From NCBI RefSeq assembly GCF_006345805.1, contig NC_043003.1, forward strand, positions 34,286,001 through 34,350,000: 64,000 bases of DNA, in the 5' to 3' direction. A program made the position numbers and the translations under genes. The notes below the pieces were generated by a model. It was not told the DNA's origin, made no database searches, and worked only from the letters and a program-made list of their open reading frames with translations. The DNA is from Octopus sinensis. Taxonomy: Eukaryota. This document shows, in pieces, positions 27,759 through 42,423 of the stretch; position 1 is the stretch's first letter, and each line of letters opens with the position of its first letter.

Positions 27759-27798
<40 letters not shown>

Positions 27799-28134
27799 AA
27801 AATCAGAAAATGCTTCTATTTCAGTTATGATAAAAGATTTCAGTATATGGCGATATATATAAAAAGATAGACACAATAGTGTACGAGTTTGCGTCTGTGT
27901 GTGTGCGCGTACATGTGTATGTGAGTATGCACGCATATGTATATATATATATATATATATTATATATATTATACAAACACAAAAATGTGTGTGTATATGC
28001 ATTATAATATATATATTATGTATACATGTATATATATATTCATATATATGCATATACACACACATTTATGTGTTTCTCTCTCTCTATATATATTATACAA
28101 ATAATATGTATTGTATATATGTATAATATATATA

Positions 28135-28169
<35 letters not shown>

Positions 28170-28568
28170 ATGTATGTATATGTATGTATGTATCCATAAA
28201 CCACTTCATGTGCAGAATATACGTACATATACTATTTATATGAACACAATATACAGTATATATACATATGCATATACATGTGTGTGCACGCGTGCGTATG
28301 CATGTGTATGTGCGTGTGGACTTGTATGTATGTGCACGTGTGTGTGCTTGTGTGTGAATGTGTGTATTTATAGGCGGGTAAAATAAAATAATTATTCAAG
28401 AAAGCGCAAGTAGCTTTGGCGAAAGATTATAGTGTAGCAAGATAGGAGTGGAATAATAAGATTGATATTAACAGTGTGAAATGGTGCGAAACAGAGATAC
28501 ATATATAGATAGGTTAATAGAGAAAGCTATGGACAGACAGACCAATCTATGAATAGATAGATAGAAAA

Positions 28569-28629
<61 letters not shown>

Positions 28630-28699
28630 AAGGGTAGGCAGATAGCCAGATAGATTGATATACAAACATATTTTGTGTGTATATATCTGTCTCACTGCA

Positions 28700-28764
<65 letters not shown>

Positions 28765-28930
28765 TATATATGTATATATATATATTATATATATGGTATG
28801 TATGTATATATATATATATGTATATATATATGTATATATACACATATATACATATGTATACGTATGTATGCTTATATATATATGTATATATATATGTATA
28901 TATAGGTATGTCTATTTCGTACATATGAAT
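27400..28930. repeat. Dense (TA)n/(TG)n/(GATA)n microsatellite field
   Basis: Read directly. Similar fields occur at 5010-5270, 16270-16550, 17600-18020, 18350-18900, 38990-39560, 47650-47960 and 57940-58330. Confidence 0.9.
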
Positions 28931-29959
28931 GTATCCTTGTGTAAATCTTATGAGATATTTTCTTTTCTATATGTGTATGCATGTGTCAGTCTTTTCTATA
29001 TGTGTCAGTCTGTGTGCATTGTATACTGTAATTTTGCGTGTGAATACGGTTGTGTAAGTTTGTAAGTAATAGGTGGGGTGAGATTTGTAAGAATATGATA
29101 GTTAGGAATAAATGTATGTTTAAAAGAAAAAAAAAGTTGGTAAACAGTATGAAACAGCAGAACATGGAGAGAAAATAAAGACAAAGAGAGAGAGGGGGGG
29201 ATCGAGAGAGAGAGAGAGAAAGAGGCAGATAGAGAGTGAGCTGGTGATAGGGTGAATAAAAATATGAGAATGAAGGGGGTAGGTGGTAAAGAATAATGTT
29301 GAAGATGAGAGGAGTGGAAGAGGTGAAGAAAGAGAGAAGATGGTTGGAAAGCGAAAAAATATTAGATGGGAATAAGAAAGGAAAATAGCAGAAGAAAATT
29401 CCAAAATTAAAATTAAAATTAAAACAAAATAAAATTGCGAAAAGGTAAAAAAAAACAAAAACATAGTAATAATAATAATTTACTCGAAAAATATTTAAAA
29501 GAAAAAAAAATAAACGTGGGAAAAAAAAATCTGAAGGTATAACAAGTAGGATTGAGTATTGAAAATGTATAAAAATATATGAAATGTATATATAAATATG
29601 TATAAAATTTTTGAATAAACCAACAGGGAGGGAGAAAAACATTGGAAGAGTTATAATATTAGACAAGAGATGTGTGTGTGTGTGTGAGAAGTATATAGGT
29701 ATGTGGTTGAAAGATGGAAAGGAGGAATAAAATACGTTGACAAATGGATGTTTTGTGTGTCTAGGGAGGAAGTAAGTAGGATGGGCTATATTGATGGTGA
29801 GATTCTGTGGTTGGCTGGTTGGCTGGTTGGTCGGCTGGTGGTGGTGGTGGTGGAGGTGGCGGTGATGCTGGTGGTAGATGGGATATATTAATATAAAGTG
29901 TGGGAATATATAGTACATGAAGTGGAGCTCGTGTGGGATTGGGGGATTGAGAGAGAGGG

Positions 29960-29995
<36 letters not shown>

Positions 29996-30173
29996 CAGGA
30001 GGATGGAAAGGGAGAGAGGTAAGATGCACAGAGGATAGAGTAAAGAAAAATATCTTGGTATATATACATACATGCATACCTATATATGTATATAAAAGAT
30101 ATGTATTTTTAAATATACATATTTTGCGTTTATATGTATGTTTGCACATATTCATACATACACACACACACAC

Positions 30174-30213
<40 letters not shown>

Positions 30214-30845
30214 ATATTATTATATATATATATATAGGTATAGATATATATATATACGCTCGCAAATACATACACACATACACACACACTACAAGAAATT
30301 CTACAAAAATACAGTACTTAATACGATTGAATGTGTGTGTGTGTGTGTATGACACAGAAGATATATGTACATACACACACACACACACATACATATATGT
30401 GCGTAAATAGCACGCGTAAATACACATGTATACGTATATGCACACATACAAACATACATATATACACGAATACGCATAAATAAGGGTGGAAATAAAAAAG
30501 GTAATGACAGAGCAGACGAACAAAGTAAAAACAACAGAATCAGAACCGGGAAGTATGAAGGATGAGAGAGAATAACTGATACATACTGAGATACGGAGAT
30601 AGATAAGAATACATAGAGAGATGGAGAAATAGGTAGTTATATATATATGTATATATATATATATATAGAGAGAGAGAGGGGCGGAGAATGTGTGATTGTA
30701 TGAATGTGTCAAGCAAGAGATGGAATAAAAATGAAATTGAAAGTGAGCCCCTGTTTCTGTGTGGATACGTGCGTGCATGTCTGAGTATGTATGTGTATGT
30801 GTGTGTGCGTGTGTGTGTGTGTGTGCGTGTGTGCGTGTGTGTGTA

Positions 30846-30883
<38 letters not shown>

Positions 30884-30960
30884 TGTGTGTGGGTGGGTGG
30901 GGTGGTGGGGGTGGAAGGATGTCTGTGTGGAATTAAAGATGGAATATGTAAGGAAAACTG

Positions 30961-30991
<31 letters not shown>

Positions 30992-31150
30992 AACAACAAC
31001 AAGAGATAATAAGCAAAGATGAAAATAAATTAAAGAAAGAACTTAAAAACAATCGAAGCTGAGAAGTAAGGAGAATGTGGGAGATGGGGCGGGGCGGGGT
31101 GGGGATGTGGGAATGAGGTAGGTAATGTGAGAGAGGGGGCGAGAGAGGGA

Positions 31151-31192
<42 letters not shown>

Positions 31193-31329
31193 GGAAGAGA
31201 GAGAGAGAGAGAGAGAGTTGATTTGAAGTAAAATTTTAAAACATGAGAATAACAACAACTTGCCAAACAAATCGGTATATGAAGCGTGAATAGGAAATAT
31301 CTGAGTGGAAATGACAGCGATAGAGATAA

Positions 31330-31573
31330 ATAATAATAATAATAATAATCATAATAAATAATAATAATAATAATAATCATAATAAATAATAATAATAATA
31401 ATAATCATAATAAATAATAATAATAATAATAATCATAATAAATAATAATAATAATAATAACAATAATAATAATAATAATAATAATCATGATAATGATGAT
31501 GATCATGACGATGATGATGATGATGATAATGATCATGATGATGATGATGATGCTGATGATGCTGATGCTGATG

Positions 31574-31605
<32 letters not shown>

Positions 31606-31637
31606 GATGATGATGATGGTGGTGGTGATGATGATGG

Positions 31638-31680
<43 letters not shown>

Positions 31681-32271
31681 GGTGATGATGATGTGGGTGG
31701 AGGGGTAGTGGTAGAGGTGACGATGATGATCAAGATGATCCTCATCATGATGATCAGGAGGAGGAGGAGGAAGAGGAGGAGTATGTTGACGACGACGACG
31801 ACAACGCCAATGTGATGATGGAGGTGATAGTGGTGGTGGTGGTGATGGTAATAGAGTTGATCATAATGACCATCATGAAATAAATGATAATGATCATGGC
31901 GATAACGTTGATGACGTAGAGGGGACGATGATAACGACTGTGGTAGTGGAGGGGCTCGTCGTGTTGGTGTTGAAGATGAAGATGCTGATACTGATGGCGG
32001 GGGTGATATAGCTGATGATGATGATGATGATGATGATGACGATGATCACGATGATGATGATGATCATGATGATCATGATGATGATCATGACGATGATGGT
32101 GATAATGATGACTGTGATACTAATACGAATAGTACCATTAAAAATAATAGTTTATTCAATTAAATAAGGAAATTAATAGCAAATTTTTAATAATAAACTA
32201 CAAAATCAGCAAGTGTAGCTACGATAACGATGACAGGAATGATTCAGATTCTGATCCTGATTCTGATGAGA

Positions 32272-32313
<42 letters not shown>

Positions 32314-32456
32314 GGGAGGAGGAGGAGGAGGAGGAGGGTATCCACGGTAACAGTATAGACATGGTCTGTATATAAACAACAATATGACACTGATGACAAT
32401 TAGCATCACCATTATCCCCAAAATAATAATAGTGCTGAAAATTTATTATTGTTATT

Positions 32457-32498
<42 letters not shown>

Positions 32499-32530
32499 GT
32501 CATCGTCGTCGTCGTCATCATCATCATCAT
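31330..32530. repeat. (AAT)n then (GAT)n/(GGA)n/(CAT)n triplet repeat complex
   Basis: Read directly. It includes a unit of about 33 bp (ATCATAATAAATAATAAT...) repeated several times at 31345-31460. Confidence 0.9.
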
Positions 32531-33059
32531 CATCGTGTAAGCATCAATTAATATTAAAATGTTAGAAACTATTATCGTTGCCGTTTTACTTTTTTATTTT
32601 TATTTCTTTGGTTATAATTGATTTTCGCTATTGAAGATGACATTACACAGTGAAGAAACTGTTTTTATTCCAATATTAATTCATAAAACAATGGCTGCTT
32701 TTCCATGAGCAAAGGGTTTCGTTATCCCATTATTTGCGATAGAGGAGAAGCTTGTTTTTAGATATGTTAAGTTGTTTACGCATTTTTGATAAATAGATAT
32801 TTGCAGGATTTACATGCATTGCCAGATGGTCGACTCAGAAGTGACAAGAACTGTATGCTATAAGCGGTGGAAGCAACAGTGAAAATTTAATAAAAAAAAA
32901 CAAAAGAAAGAAAGAAAAAACATCGTCAACTTCCTGTGAAACGAAAAATAAATCAAAGATATTCGGGAATAAGAAGTGCATTGTAACCGCGAATGTGTAT
33001 GTGAAAAACAATGCACTACAGCGATAAAACAAGCAGAGAACTATATTTTGTTATTTGCA

Positions 33060-34270
33060 AACGTTTTCAGACAGAAGGAATGACTCGACTTGAATCAGAT
33101 CAAGAAAAAGGAAGGGCGAACGAGATTTGTTGCAGAAGATAGTATTTCTTTGTCCGACGAATTAATCCAGGAAAAACATGGTTGCTTAAAAAGTTAATGG
33201 AGAATTCCACATGCTACAGAAGAAAAGAAGCAGGATACTTTGGTTGATGTGTGGCAAGAATTAGGCTCCGTCAACCATGATTGGGCATACAGAAGCATGT
33301 GTCTCGTTTTTAAGACCAAGAATCAGGGATTGCGATTGGCAAAGCATTTCAGTCTGCCAGTTCACAGAGTAGTTTCATAACATGTGAACTAAGGAAAACT
33401 AGATTCCTAGTCAGAGATTTTGGCATGGACCTTTGGTTTGGTGTCACCTTTGGGTAACTCTACTAAACTCGATGGTTGAGCAAAACCGAGGGTATAGTTT
33501 ACGAGAATTGATCCGCAATGATATATGGTCAGAAGAGTAAACTTAGTCTGGACATACAGTTCCTAACGATCATCGAATACCACAATGATATTCTGGAGCG
33601 TTAACCTTCAGTGAGCAGAACGGAAGAAAATTTGACTGCTGGCATTAGTCAGAAGATTTAGTTGCTATATGCGTGCTAGCGTAAACCATATGAGGGCTAC
33701 AAAGTAGTATCAACCACAACAATAGGTTAGGGAAATGAAGACTATAGCTGTAGCTACCGGTATTTCCAGAGCATCGCTTATCATAGCATTGAAAATAGTC
33801 AAGCTGAAACAAACGAGTCGTCTCGTCCTTGGTACTAGCTGTAGATTTCACAGTCGACCACTGAGAAGTCAATGTGCCTCACGTCCTTTTGCAATGACGA
33901 GTAGCAAATAGAAAACTGGGGAAGGGTAAGGGAAAAGACTGATCTCTGAGGAAAGACAGGGAACAGAGAGGAAATACATCAGGAAAAATCACTCGACTTC
34001 AACAGGTCGCAGGAGCTTGATGGTGAATTAGGACCCGAAATGCAGCGAACTCTATCTAAATGTTGGCTGTGGAAGAATACGGACCATATATTGGCAAACA
34101 TCATTCAATCCTAGATAACAGAAGGTTATGATGGATCAGAGTCCAGGTTATAGGCCGAAACTTCTCAGGACTACTTTTGGAACAACAAGTTTATAAAAAG
34201 TTTACAGAGCAGATGACCACCGTGAGGTACAGTGATCCTAACTAGCTTTTCTTCTCTTAGTGGGTAGACT
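33060..34270 (+). mobile_element. Possible heavily decayed Gypsy-type integrase region
   Basis: A non-repetitive block of balanced composition. Across frameshifts it holds scattered remnants LGIQK...SVCQ (H2C2-like) and GPY, plus a PPT-like CTTCTCTTAGTGGG near the end. There are many stops and no LTR was seen. Confidence 0.3.
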
Positions 34271-34386
34271 ATCTTTTTTGTGTTCTAAATTTTTAATAAA
34301 CTTCGTTGTATTGTTATCATCATCATCATCATCATCATCAGCATTATCATCATCAGCATTATCATCATCATCAACATTACTGTTAC

Positions 34387-34770
34387 TGGCGAGCTGGCAG
34401 AGACGTTAGCAAGCCAGGCGAAATGCTTAGAGGTATTTAATCTGTTTTTACATTCTGAGTTCAAATTCCACCGAGGTCGCCTTTCATCCTTTCGGGGTCG
34501 ATAAATTAAGTACCAGTTGCGTACTGGGGTTGATCTAATCGACTGGCACCCTCCCCCAAAATTTCAGGCCTTCTGCCTAGAGTAGAAAAGAATCGTTAGC
34601 ACGCTGGGCTAGATGCTTCGCAGCATTTCGTCCGTGTTAACATTCTGGGTTCAAATTCCGCCAAGATCAAGTTTGCCTTTCATCCTTTCGGAGTTGATAA
34701 AATAAGCACCAGTTCAACACTGGGGTCGGTGTAATCGACTCATCCTCTCCCCACAAATTGCTGCCCTTGA
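34387..34770 (+). mobile_element. Two adjacent copies of the Meta-like SINE with the alternative tail
   Basis: GGCGAGCTGGCAGAGACGTTAGC...CCCTCCCCCAAAATTTCAGGCC, then a second, head-truncated copy starting at CGTTAGCACGCTGGG. Confidence 0.8.
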
Positions 34771-34799
34771 GGAAACATTTGAAACTATTACTATTATTA

Positions 34800-34861
<62 letters not shown>

Positions 34862-35213
34862 ATAATTAGTTATTATTATTATTGGCCTCATCATCATCAT
34901 CATCACTATCACCACCACCATTCTTATTGTTTAATTTTATCATTATTACGGAGAAGAAATATAACAACGACAACGTCATCACCAGGTCTTCACCCTATGA
35001 CTGTTGGAAGCCATGCGTAAACTGTAGAATGAACTCCTGATGGTCTATTTCTCATGCTTTGAGTGCTAACAAATTCCATGTAACTTTGTAAAGGTTGTAT
35101 GTCTACACTGGTTAATGAATATGCATTCGTACAATTAGCATGTATGGAGGCACATGCAAACACACACGCATACACTTACATACAAACTAGCATACACATG
35201 TACATATAAGTAC

Positions 35214-35271
<58 letters not shown>

Positions 35272-36163
35272 TCACATACTGGAGAAAGGACATACATATA
35301 TAGATATGTATATACGTTTATACATTCATGCTTACATACATACGTACATTTACACGTTCCTATTCGCAAATTACCATAAAATCATCATCCATGCACAAGG
35401 ATAACAGCGACACCAGATGAAGTTTCCGTGATCTGGTGCTCCAGTATGGGCACAAAACATATCGGTTAAACTAAAGAAATAAATTAAAGAAATACTCATG
35501 CTCACGAACATGTCTTTACATTTAACAGGTATCCATCTAAGTAGGTGTAAATGCACGTACCTACATACACGAGTGTGTGCGTGTTTGTGTGTGCATGTGT
35601 GTGTATGATGTGCTTTTTTATGTTTTACATATAGGTAGGAAATTAGAATGCAAGCAATCACGTCTAAATGAGTGGCTATGTATGGAACAATCCTAATTAT
35701 AATTACAATAATTATATAAAACTATTTTATGTCCTCGTGCAGGCTCAACGTACATATTCCCAGATTAGTTCACGTGCAAGCATATGCATTTGTGTTTAAT
35801 TTCCATGTATAAGAATGCATATGCACATTTGTTAGCCAGTGTGTCAGTGAGCGTACATATGTATTTGTGTGCATGAGGCGATGGGTGAGGGGTGGGGGCG
35901 TACATCTCCATAATTCTCTGTGCTGTCATTATCTTAAGTAAATATGCTGCAGTACGCCAGCCTGGTGAGTGTCTCGGACGTACAACCAAAACAGAAACAA
36001 TATTATAAACACGTGCATACCCATATCCACATAGAATCATACAGACACTGCAAAGTATGATTTCATACTCACTTTCTCTATATATATATACGTGTATGTG
36101 TGCGCGTGTGTGTGTTTGTGTGTGTGTGTGTGCGTGCGTGTGTGTATGTGTGTATACATATAT

Positions 36164-36211
<48 letters not shown>

Positions 36212-36974
36212 TTATACATATATATGTATGTATGCATGCATGTACGTATGTAGATACAAACATATGCTTGTATGTCTACAGTTGTGTATACATACCTGTT
36301 GCATGCGTCTATGAATTCAAGTCCTGAGATTTTTGCGTGATAGTAGATCAGTGGTATATACAGACGTCTGAGTAGTAACAGAGCGTGATTTCTATGTATG
36401 TTTGCAGGGAAAGATTGAAGAAGGCAAAGGGGGAGATAGAAGGAGGAAGAGCGGGATAGAAAAAGTAGAGAGGACTTGGAGAGAAACAAGCATTGTGTGG
36501 GTAGGATTGCTGGGTGAGTGAATGCGTGAGTAAATGAGTGTTAGTGAGTTGAGTGTTTGGTTAAAAAATTGTTTGAATTTTATTCAACGTATGTTCCTTA
36601 TGTTTTTTGTCTTTCAATATCTTTGTCCCCTATTGTGCTAGAATACTCTGGATTGGTAGGCAGGTAAATTCGTAAGTTGCAGGATGGGTATATTGGTGGA
36701 AATGTAGTTTTTTTGCAAGGGTAGACAGATTAGCATGTAGTTATGAAAGATTGTGTGTAGCTTTATAGTTGGGTTGATAGATACGTAGGTAGATAAATAT
36801 ATAGATACAAGATAATGCCTGATTAACTTAGAAGAGTGTGAGTAAATAAGCATAACGTCTGACAGATTAATCTGAATAGAAAAGCAGAAATGTGGGTAAA
36901 GCTGTTGGAAAATAGGCGAGTAGAGAAGTAAAGGCCCTCTTCAGTCATGAATAACGATGGGATTGTGCCAAGAA

Positions 36975-37236
36975 AGTTACCCTCCTAGGCACAAATCCAG
37001 CAGAGGTCTATGCATACCAGCCTCCCTACACCATGCCATTGATGTTATCCAAGGGAAAGGAAAAGGCCGATACAGCTTGGCACCAGTGACGTCGCAACTC
37101 ATTTCTACAATTGGGCGAACTGGAGCAACGTGAAATAAAGTGTCTTGGTCAAGAATACAACACACAGCCTGGTCCAGGAATCTAACTCACAACCTCACGA
37201 TGGTAAGCTCGACGCTTTAACCAATGCGCCATGCGG
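36975..37236 (-). mobile_element. tRNA SINE sharing the central box with 21846-22120 but carrying another tail
   Basis: Head GCATGGCGCATTGGTTAAAGCG...GAGTTAGATTCC, then CTTGACCAAGACACTTTATTTCACGTTGCTCCAG, then tail GCGACGTCACTGGTGCCAAGCTGTATCGGCC. Confidence 0.72.
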
Positions 37237-38065
37237 TAGGTATATAGGCAAGTAAAACTATATACAAGCCTGCTTACCTACATGACTGCTTATCTATATA
37301 TACCTACTCTAGAACAGGTGTGTAGTATGTATAGTGATAAATAGAAAGAAATGCAGATTTTTAAGTTAGCAAGCAGATAAACAAGCATGCATAAAATTTC
37401 GAAAGGTAAAACAAACACAAATAAATAATCGAATATATAAAGATACTTGTTATAATTGTTTCTAATTTAGGTACAAGGCCAGCAGATACTTTAAAGGGAA
37501 TGGATTATTCGCTTCCGCCGATTCCATTACTTTGATATTAATATTATTTTATCGACCGGAACGGGATAAAAAGTAAAGCCGACGTTGGCGGGATTCGAAC
37601 ACAGAAAGTAAGACGGTAGAACAAAGTATATATATTTTCTTTTCCGACGCTCATGTGATTCTGCCAATATACCACTCTACCTGTCATAATAAACTAACAC
37701 TTGTTTCCATTTGTTACCTCCCTTCCCTCCTCTCATTCATTATCGTTTAAAAAACAAATTTCTCACTTCCATTTCTCCGGTCTGTTTTATTTATCGAGGG
37801 AAGCTAGTAAACAGTTTATCTCTCTCTAAGGAAGGGTTATGCCCTAAGCATTAGACTTCTCTTCTTTCTTGCAGCAACAATAATGTATTCCACTTTGTGA
37901 ACCTTTTGTACTTATAATAGAGCTTGACGGTTATCTGCGCATGAGCATTAAGCATATTTTATTTTGATATATGTACACAAAAAGGAAAGAGATGGAACAG
38001 GAAAAGGGCAATAAATAGGACGAGAGATAGATTGGATAGGCAGATAGTCACAGCAACAAACAAAC

Positions 38066-38136
<71 letters not shown>

Positions 38137-38260
38137 CAGACAAAAGGAGGGAGAGATAGAAAGTGACATGAGTATATGTCATAAACAAAAACAGAAATAT
38201 GTTTTAAAATAATGATATTAAACACGACTACAAGTGCAATAAAAATGGTGATGATGATGA

Positions 38261-38325
<65 letters not shown>

Positions 38326-39014
38326 ACAACAACAGCAGCAGCAACAACAACACTATCAATAAATGGCAAGCAAATATGAAGAAACTGAAGGAGGGGGGAG
38401 AGGATAGAGAAAGTATTTTAGAAATGAAGGAAACAACAAAACAATATTTCAAAAAAATGAAAGAAAAACGAATGCAAAAGATCAGTTGAAAGCAAGCAAG
38501 GAGAAAGATTTAGTGCAAGAAGAAGGGGGAGATAATCACATAGATGGGATTTTTCTTCTTTTTTTTTTTTAATTAATAAAAATATAAAAATATAGAAATA
38601 AAAAAAAAATAATTAAAAATATAAATCAATAAAAATAATGAGAATGTAAAAGAATGTGTGTCGGAAGTGACGTTGGGTGAGTTGTGGAGTTGGGGGTGGG
38701 GGCAACGTTAAAGCAAAAATTGAAATAAAGAAAATTAAGAAATCAAAAAAAAACAGAAACTTTATACGAAAACTAGAAAGAAAAGCGCAAAAAAAAAAGA
38801 AGAGAGAAGGGTGTGTGCAAAAATCAAAGAATGCTTTTATTTATTTTTTTATTATTTTAATAACAAAAATTGTTTTAAAAATGGTTTCAGAAGACACCAA
38901 CCCCAAACCCGCGCTCATAGATCACACACGCACACACACACAGAGTCTATTCGTCAATATGTGTGTGGTATGCATGCTTACATATATGTGTGTGTGTGTA
39001 TACATATATATGTA

Positions 39015-39070
<56 letters not shown>

Positions 39071-39079
39071 CATATATAT

Positions 39080-39133
<54 letters not shown>

Positions 39134-40375
39134 TATATATATTATATATACATATATATAAGATAAAACTTACTTGGAAACACACATACATCTACACAAA
39201 CATGCATATAGATATACAAGGAATACATACACGAATATCTATTTATCTATCTCTCTATCTATCTAAATCTATATTTATCTATATATCTATCTATCTATGT
39301 ATATATATATATATATGTATATAAATATGCACACATACACACATAAGTATATATATATATATATGCATACATGCATATACAAATCCCTATATACACGCTC
39401 ATAGATATATTATATATATATATATATACATATATATACACACATACACACACGCACACATACACACATACACATACACTGCGGCTATACTTGTGTGTAC
39501 GCATGTGTACATATGTATATATAATATATATTCCTATGTATGTGCTAAGAACTATACGGTTATAAGTTGTGCACCTATTTATATATTCCCCACAAATACA
39601 CATATGCACATCTACCAGCACATGTATACATAAAGAAAAAAAAGATATGGTTTCTTTGTTTCCAAGGAAGAAATCTGTGAGAAACGAATGTGTGTTCCGA
39701 GGAAAACTCTTGAAGGAAATAAAAATATCGTATGTTGTCTGAAATATTGATTATTACTCGCCAAAATTAACTTAACAGTACATGTGCATTTGTATGTTCG
39801 CGTGTGTATATGCGTATGTGTGTGTGTGTATGTGTGTGTGTGTGTGTGGGACGGAGTGTTTGAATAAGTTTGTGTGTGTGTATCTTGTTAGGTGAGAAGT
39901 TAAATCATGTAGGTAGATCAATGTACATCGGAACAAACGTCTGCATCGATGGAGTCTCCTGCATGCCTTCGAGTGATGGTGTCATTCAACGGTCTTTCCC
40001 ACTTTTTTTTTCATACTGTTTGCAACAAAATACACACTTATGATATATGTCTGTGAATGTGAGTGCGTGCGTGCGCGCGCTCATGTGCGTGTGTGTACAT
40101 GTATGCAAACATATATCTATACACAGACACACATTTCAAAAGTGTAACTATATGTGGATTGTTGGCGATTTTTTCCCTCCTTCTTCCTTTTCTCTTGAAC
40201 TTTCCTCTGCCTACTGTTTCTGAAGAAGAGCTTTGCTCGAAACGTAAAACAACTTTTCTTTCCTTCCCTGAGCGTCTTTTAATACTTTGCATGAACCACG
40301 TCCTCGCGTTGTTGCTTTTTCTTGTGCTTTTTTTTTTCGTTTTTTGGGGGATTAATCATATATATATATATATAT

Positions 40376-40727
40376 GAGTGGCTGTGTGGTAAGTAGCTTG
40401 CTAACCAACCACATGGTTCCGGGTTCAGTCCCACTGCGTGACATCTTGGGCAAGTGTCTTCTGCTATAGCCCCGGGCCGACCAATGCCTTGTGAGTGGAT
40501 TTGGTAGACGGAAACTGAAAGAAGCCTGTCGTATATATGTATATATGTCTGTGTTTGTCCCCCTAGCATTGCTTGACAACCGATGCTTGTGTGTTTACGT
40601 CCCCGTCACTTAGCGGTTCGGCAAAAAGAGACCGATAAAATAAGTCTCGGGGTCGATTTACTCGACTAAAGGCGGTGCTCCAGCATGGCCGCAGTCAAAT
40701 GACTGAAACAAGTAAAAGAATAAAAGA
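40376..40727 (+). mobile_element. CORE-type tRNA SINE, full length, inside a (TA)n tract
   Basis: Same head, CORE box and tail as 7296-7690, flanked by (TA)n on both sides. Confidence 0.88.
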
Positions 40728-40750
40728 GTATATATATATATATATATATA

Positions 40751-41015
40751 CGGTCATCCCATAAATAATGTGGGTTTTTTGAAATTGCATGAACCTAATG
40801 TCGAAGGGAACGGGATAAACTACTTGCATCAACTTGTACTTATTCTTAGTGCAAATTTTAAGGAGTGCAGTTCGATTTTAAAAGTTATTTTTTTCAAAGC
40901 TATAATGGAAGTGACAAAGGAGCATATTCGGCATATTTTGCTTTATGAGTTCAACAAAGGCAATGACGCAATGGAAAGTGCGAAGAATATTAATGCAGTT
41001 TATGGGGATTGGACA
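40751..41015 (+). mobile_element. 5' end of a mariner-family DNA transposon, truncated by a SINE fragment
   Basis: After TA comes a probable TIR (CGGTCATCCCATAAATAATG). From 40905 it reads MEVTKEHIRHILLYEFNKGNDAMESAKNINAVYGD, the typical N-terminal HTH of mariner transposases. It ends abruptly at AATTCCACCGAGGTTGAC, which is SINE body. Confidence 0.8.
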
Positions 41016-41701
41016 AATTCCACCGAGGTTGACTTTGCCTTTCAGCTTTTCTGGGGTCGATAAAATAAGTGCCAGTTGAACACTGGGGTCGATGTGATCG
41101 ACTTACCCCGCCTCCATGCTTGCTGGCCCTGTGCCAATATCAGAAAACAATATTTACGTTTATCGTTTGCTTTTTATATTTCAAATTTAAATCTTTTTGA
41201 GTAAAAAGTTTGCTTTTCATCATTCAAGGGCAAGAAAATATAAGTCAGATACTTGGTTGACAGAATTGATTGTTACTTTCCCCGAAGTTTCTGGCTTTCG
41301 TAAGAAGTTGTGCTTTCGTAAGAAATCAATATTTACTTTCATGAGATTTTCTATCTTCTTTACGACTAGAGCAGCAAACAAAATGCTTTACGTTCTTTAT
41401 TTCAGAGATCAAATCCCACCAAAGTCAACTTGACTTTTCATTTTTCTTAGATTTGACAAAATAAGATTTCTTTTGAGCACTGGATTTAATATAATCGACT
41501 TTAACCTTTCTGTAAATTTGACACCTTGTACCTATATAAGAATTCAATATTTGTTTCAATATTGCTGTTCAATCAGTTTGATATACGGAGTTAAAAGTCT
41601 TCTAAAACTGGGGTCGGCAACCACCAGGCCGCACTAGATCTTAAAATTTTATTTCTATTTTATTGACTACCATAATCCACTGGGTCCATTATATATATAC
41701 G

Positions 41702-41733
<32 letters not shown>

Positions 41734-41740
41734 TGTGTGT

Positions 41741-41779
<39 letters not shown>

Positions 41780-42342
41780 GCTTGTGTGTGTGTGCATACA
41801 TATACATCATACATGCATACAAACATATATATATATGTATATATTATAAATTCAATGTTGACTACTAGATATTTAATGTCACAACTATGGTAGAAAATTC
41901 AGAATCCACGGGCAAGTAATAGAACAATTCATATGTCCGTACAAATAAGAGATCAGGAGATAAGATTAATTTATTTAAATTACTTCCATCTCTTAGCTGA
42001 AATCAAGTTAACACTAGCCATGTCTTGACTCACTACATTATGTTAGAGATGTCCTTATTATTTGTTATGCAGAGTGTGTCACTGGGTACTTTCTTGAATT
42101 TTTATATAAAGGAGAGCCAAGACTGCAGGTAAATAGATATAGAAGAAGCGTTAAGGTGTATAAGCACACACTATACAAACAGACAGACAGACAGACACAG
42201 ACAGATAAACGATTATGTGATTGGGATGGGATGAATAAATGGATTAATGAATGAATGAATGAATGATGAATGAATGGACGGATGGTCGGACAGTCGGATG
42301 GATGGACCGTTGTGTGAATGGAAAGCTAGATAGGAAGCTTGT

Positions 42343-42423
<81 letters not shown>

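Noticed and set aside
28986-30287. Longest ORF in the track (433 aa, minus strand)
   Set aside because: It is the translation of (TA)/(CA) repeats and a purine-rich low-complexity tract. It is rich in F/L/I/Y, has no domain and has no credible splice sites.
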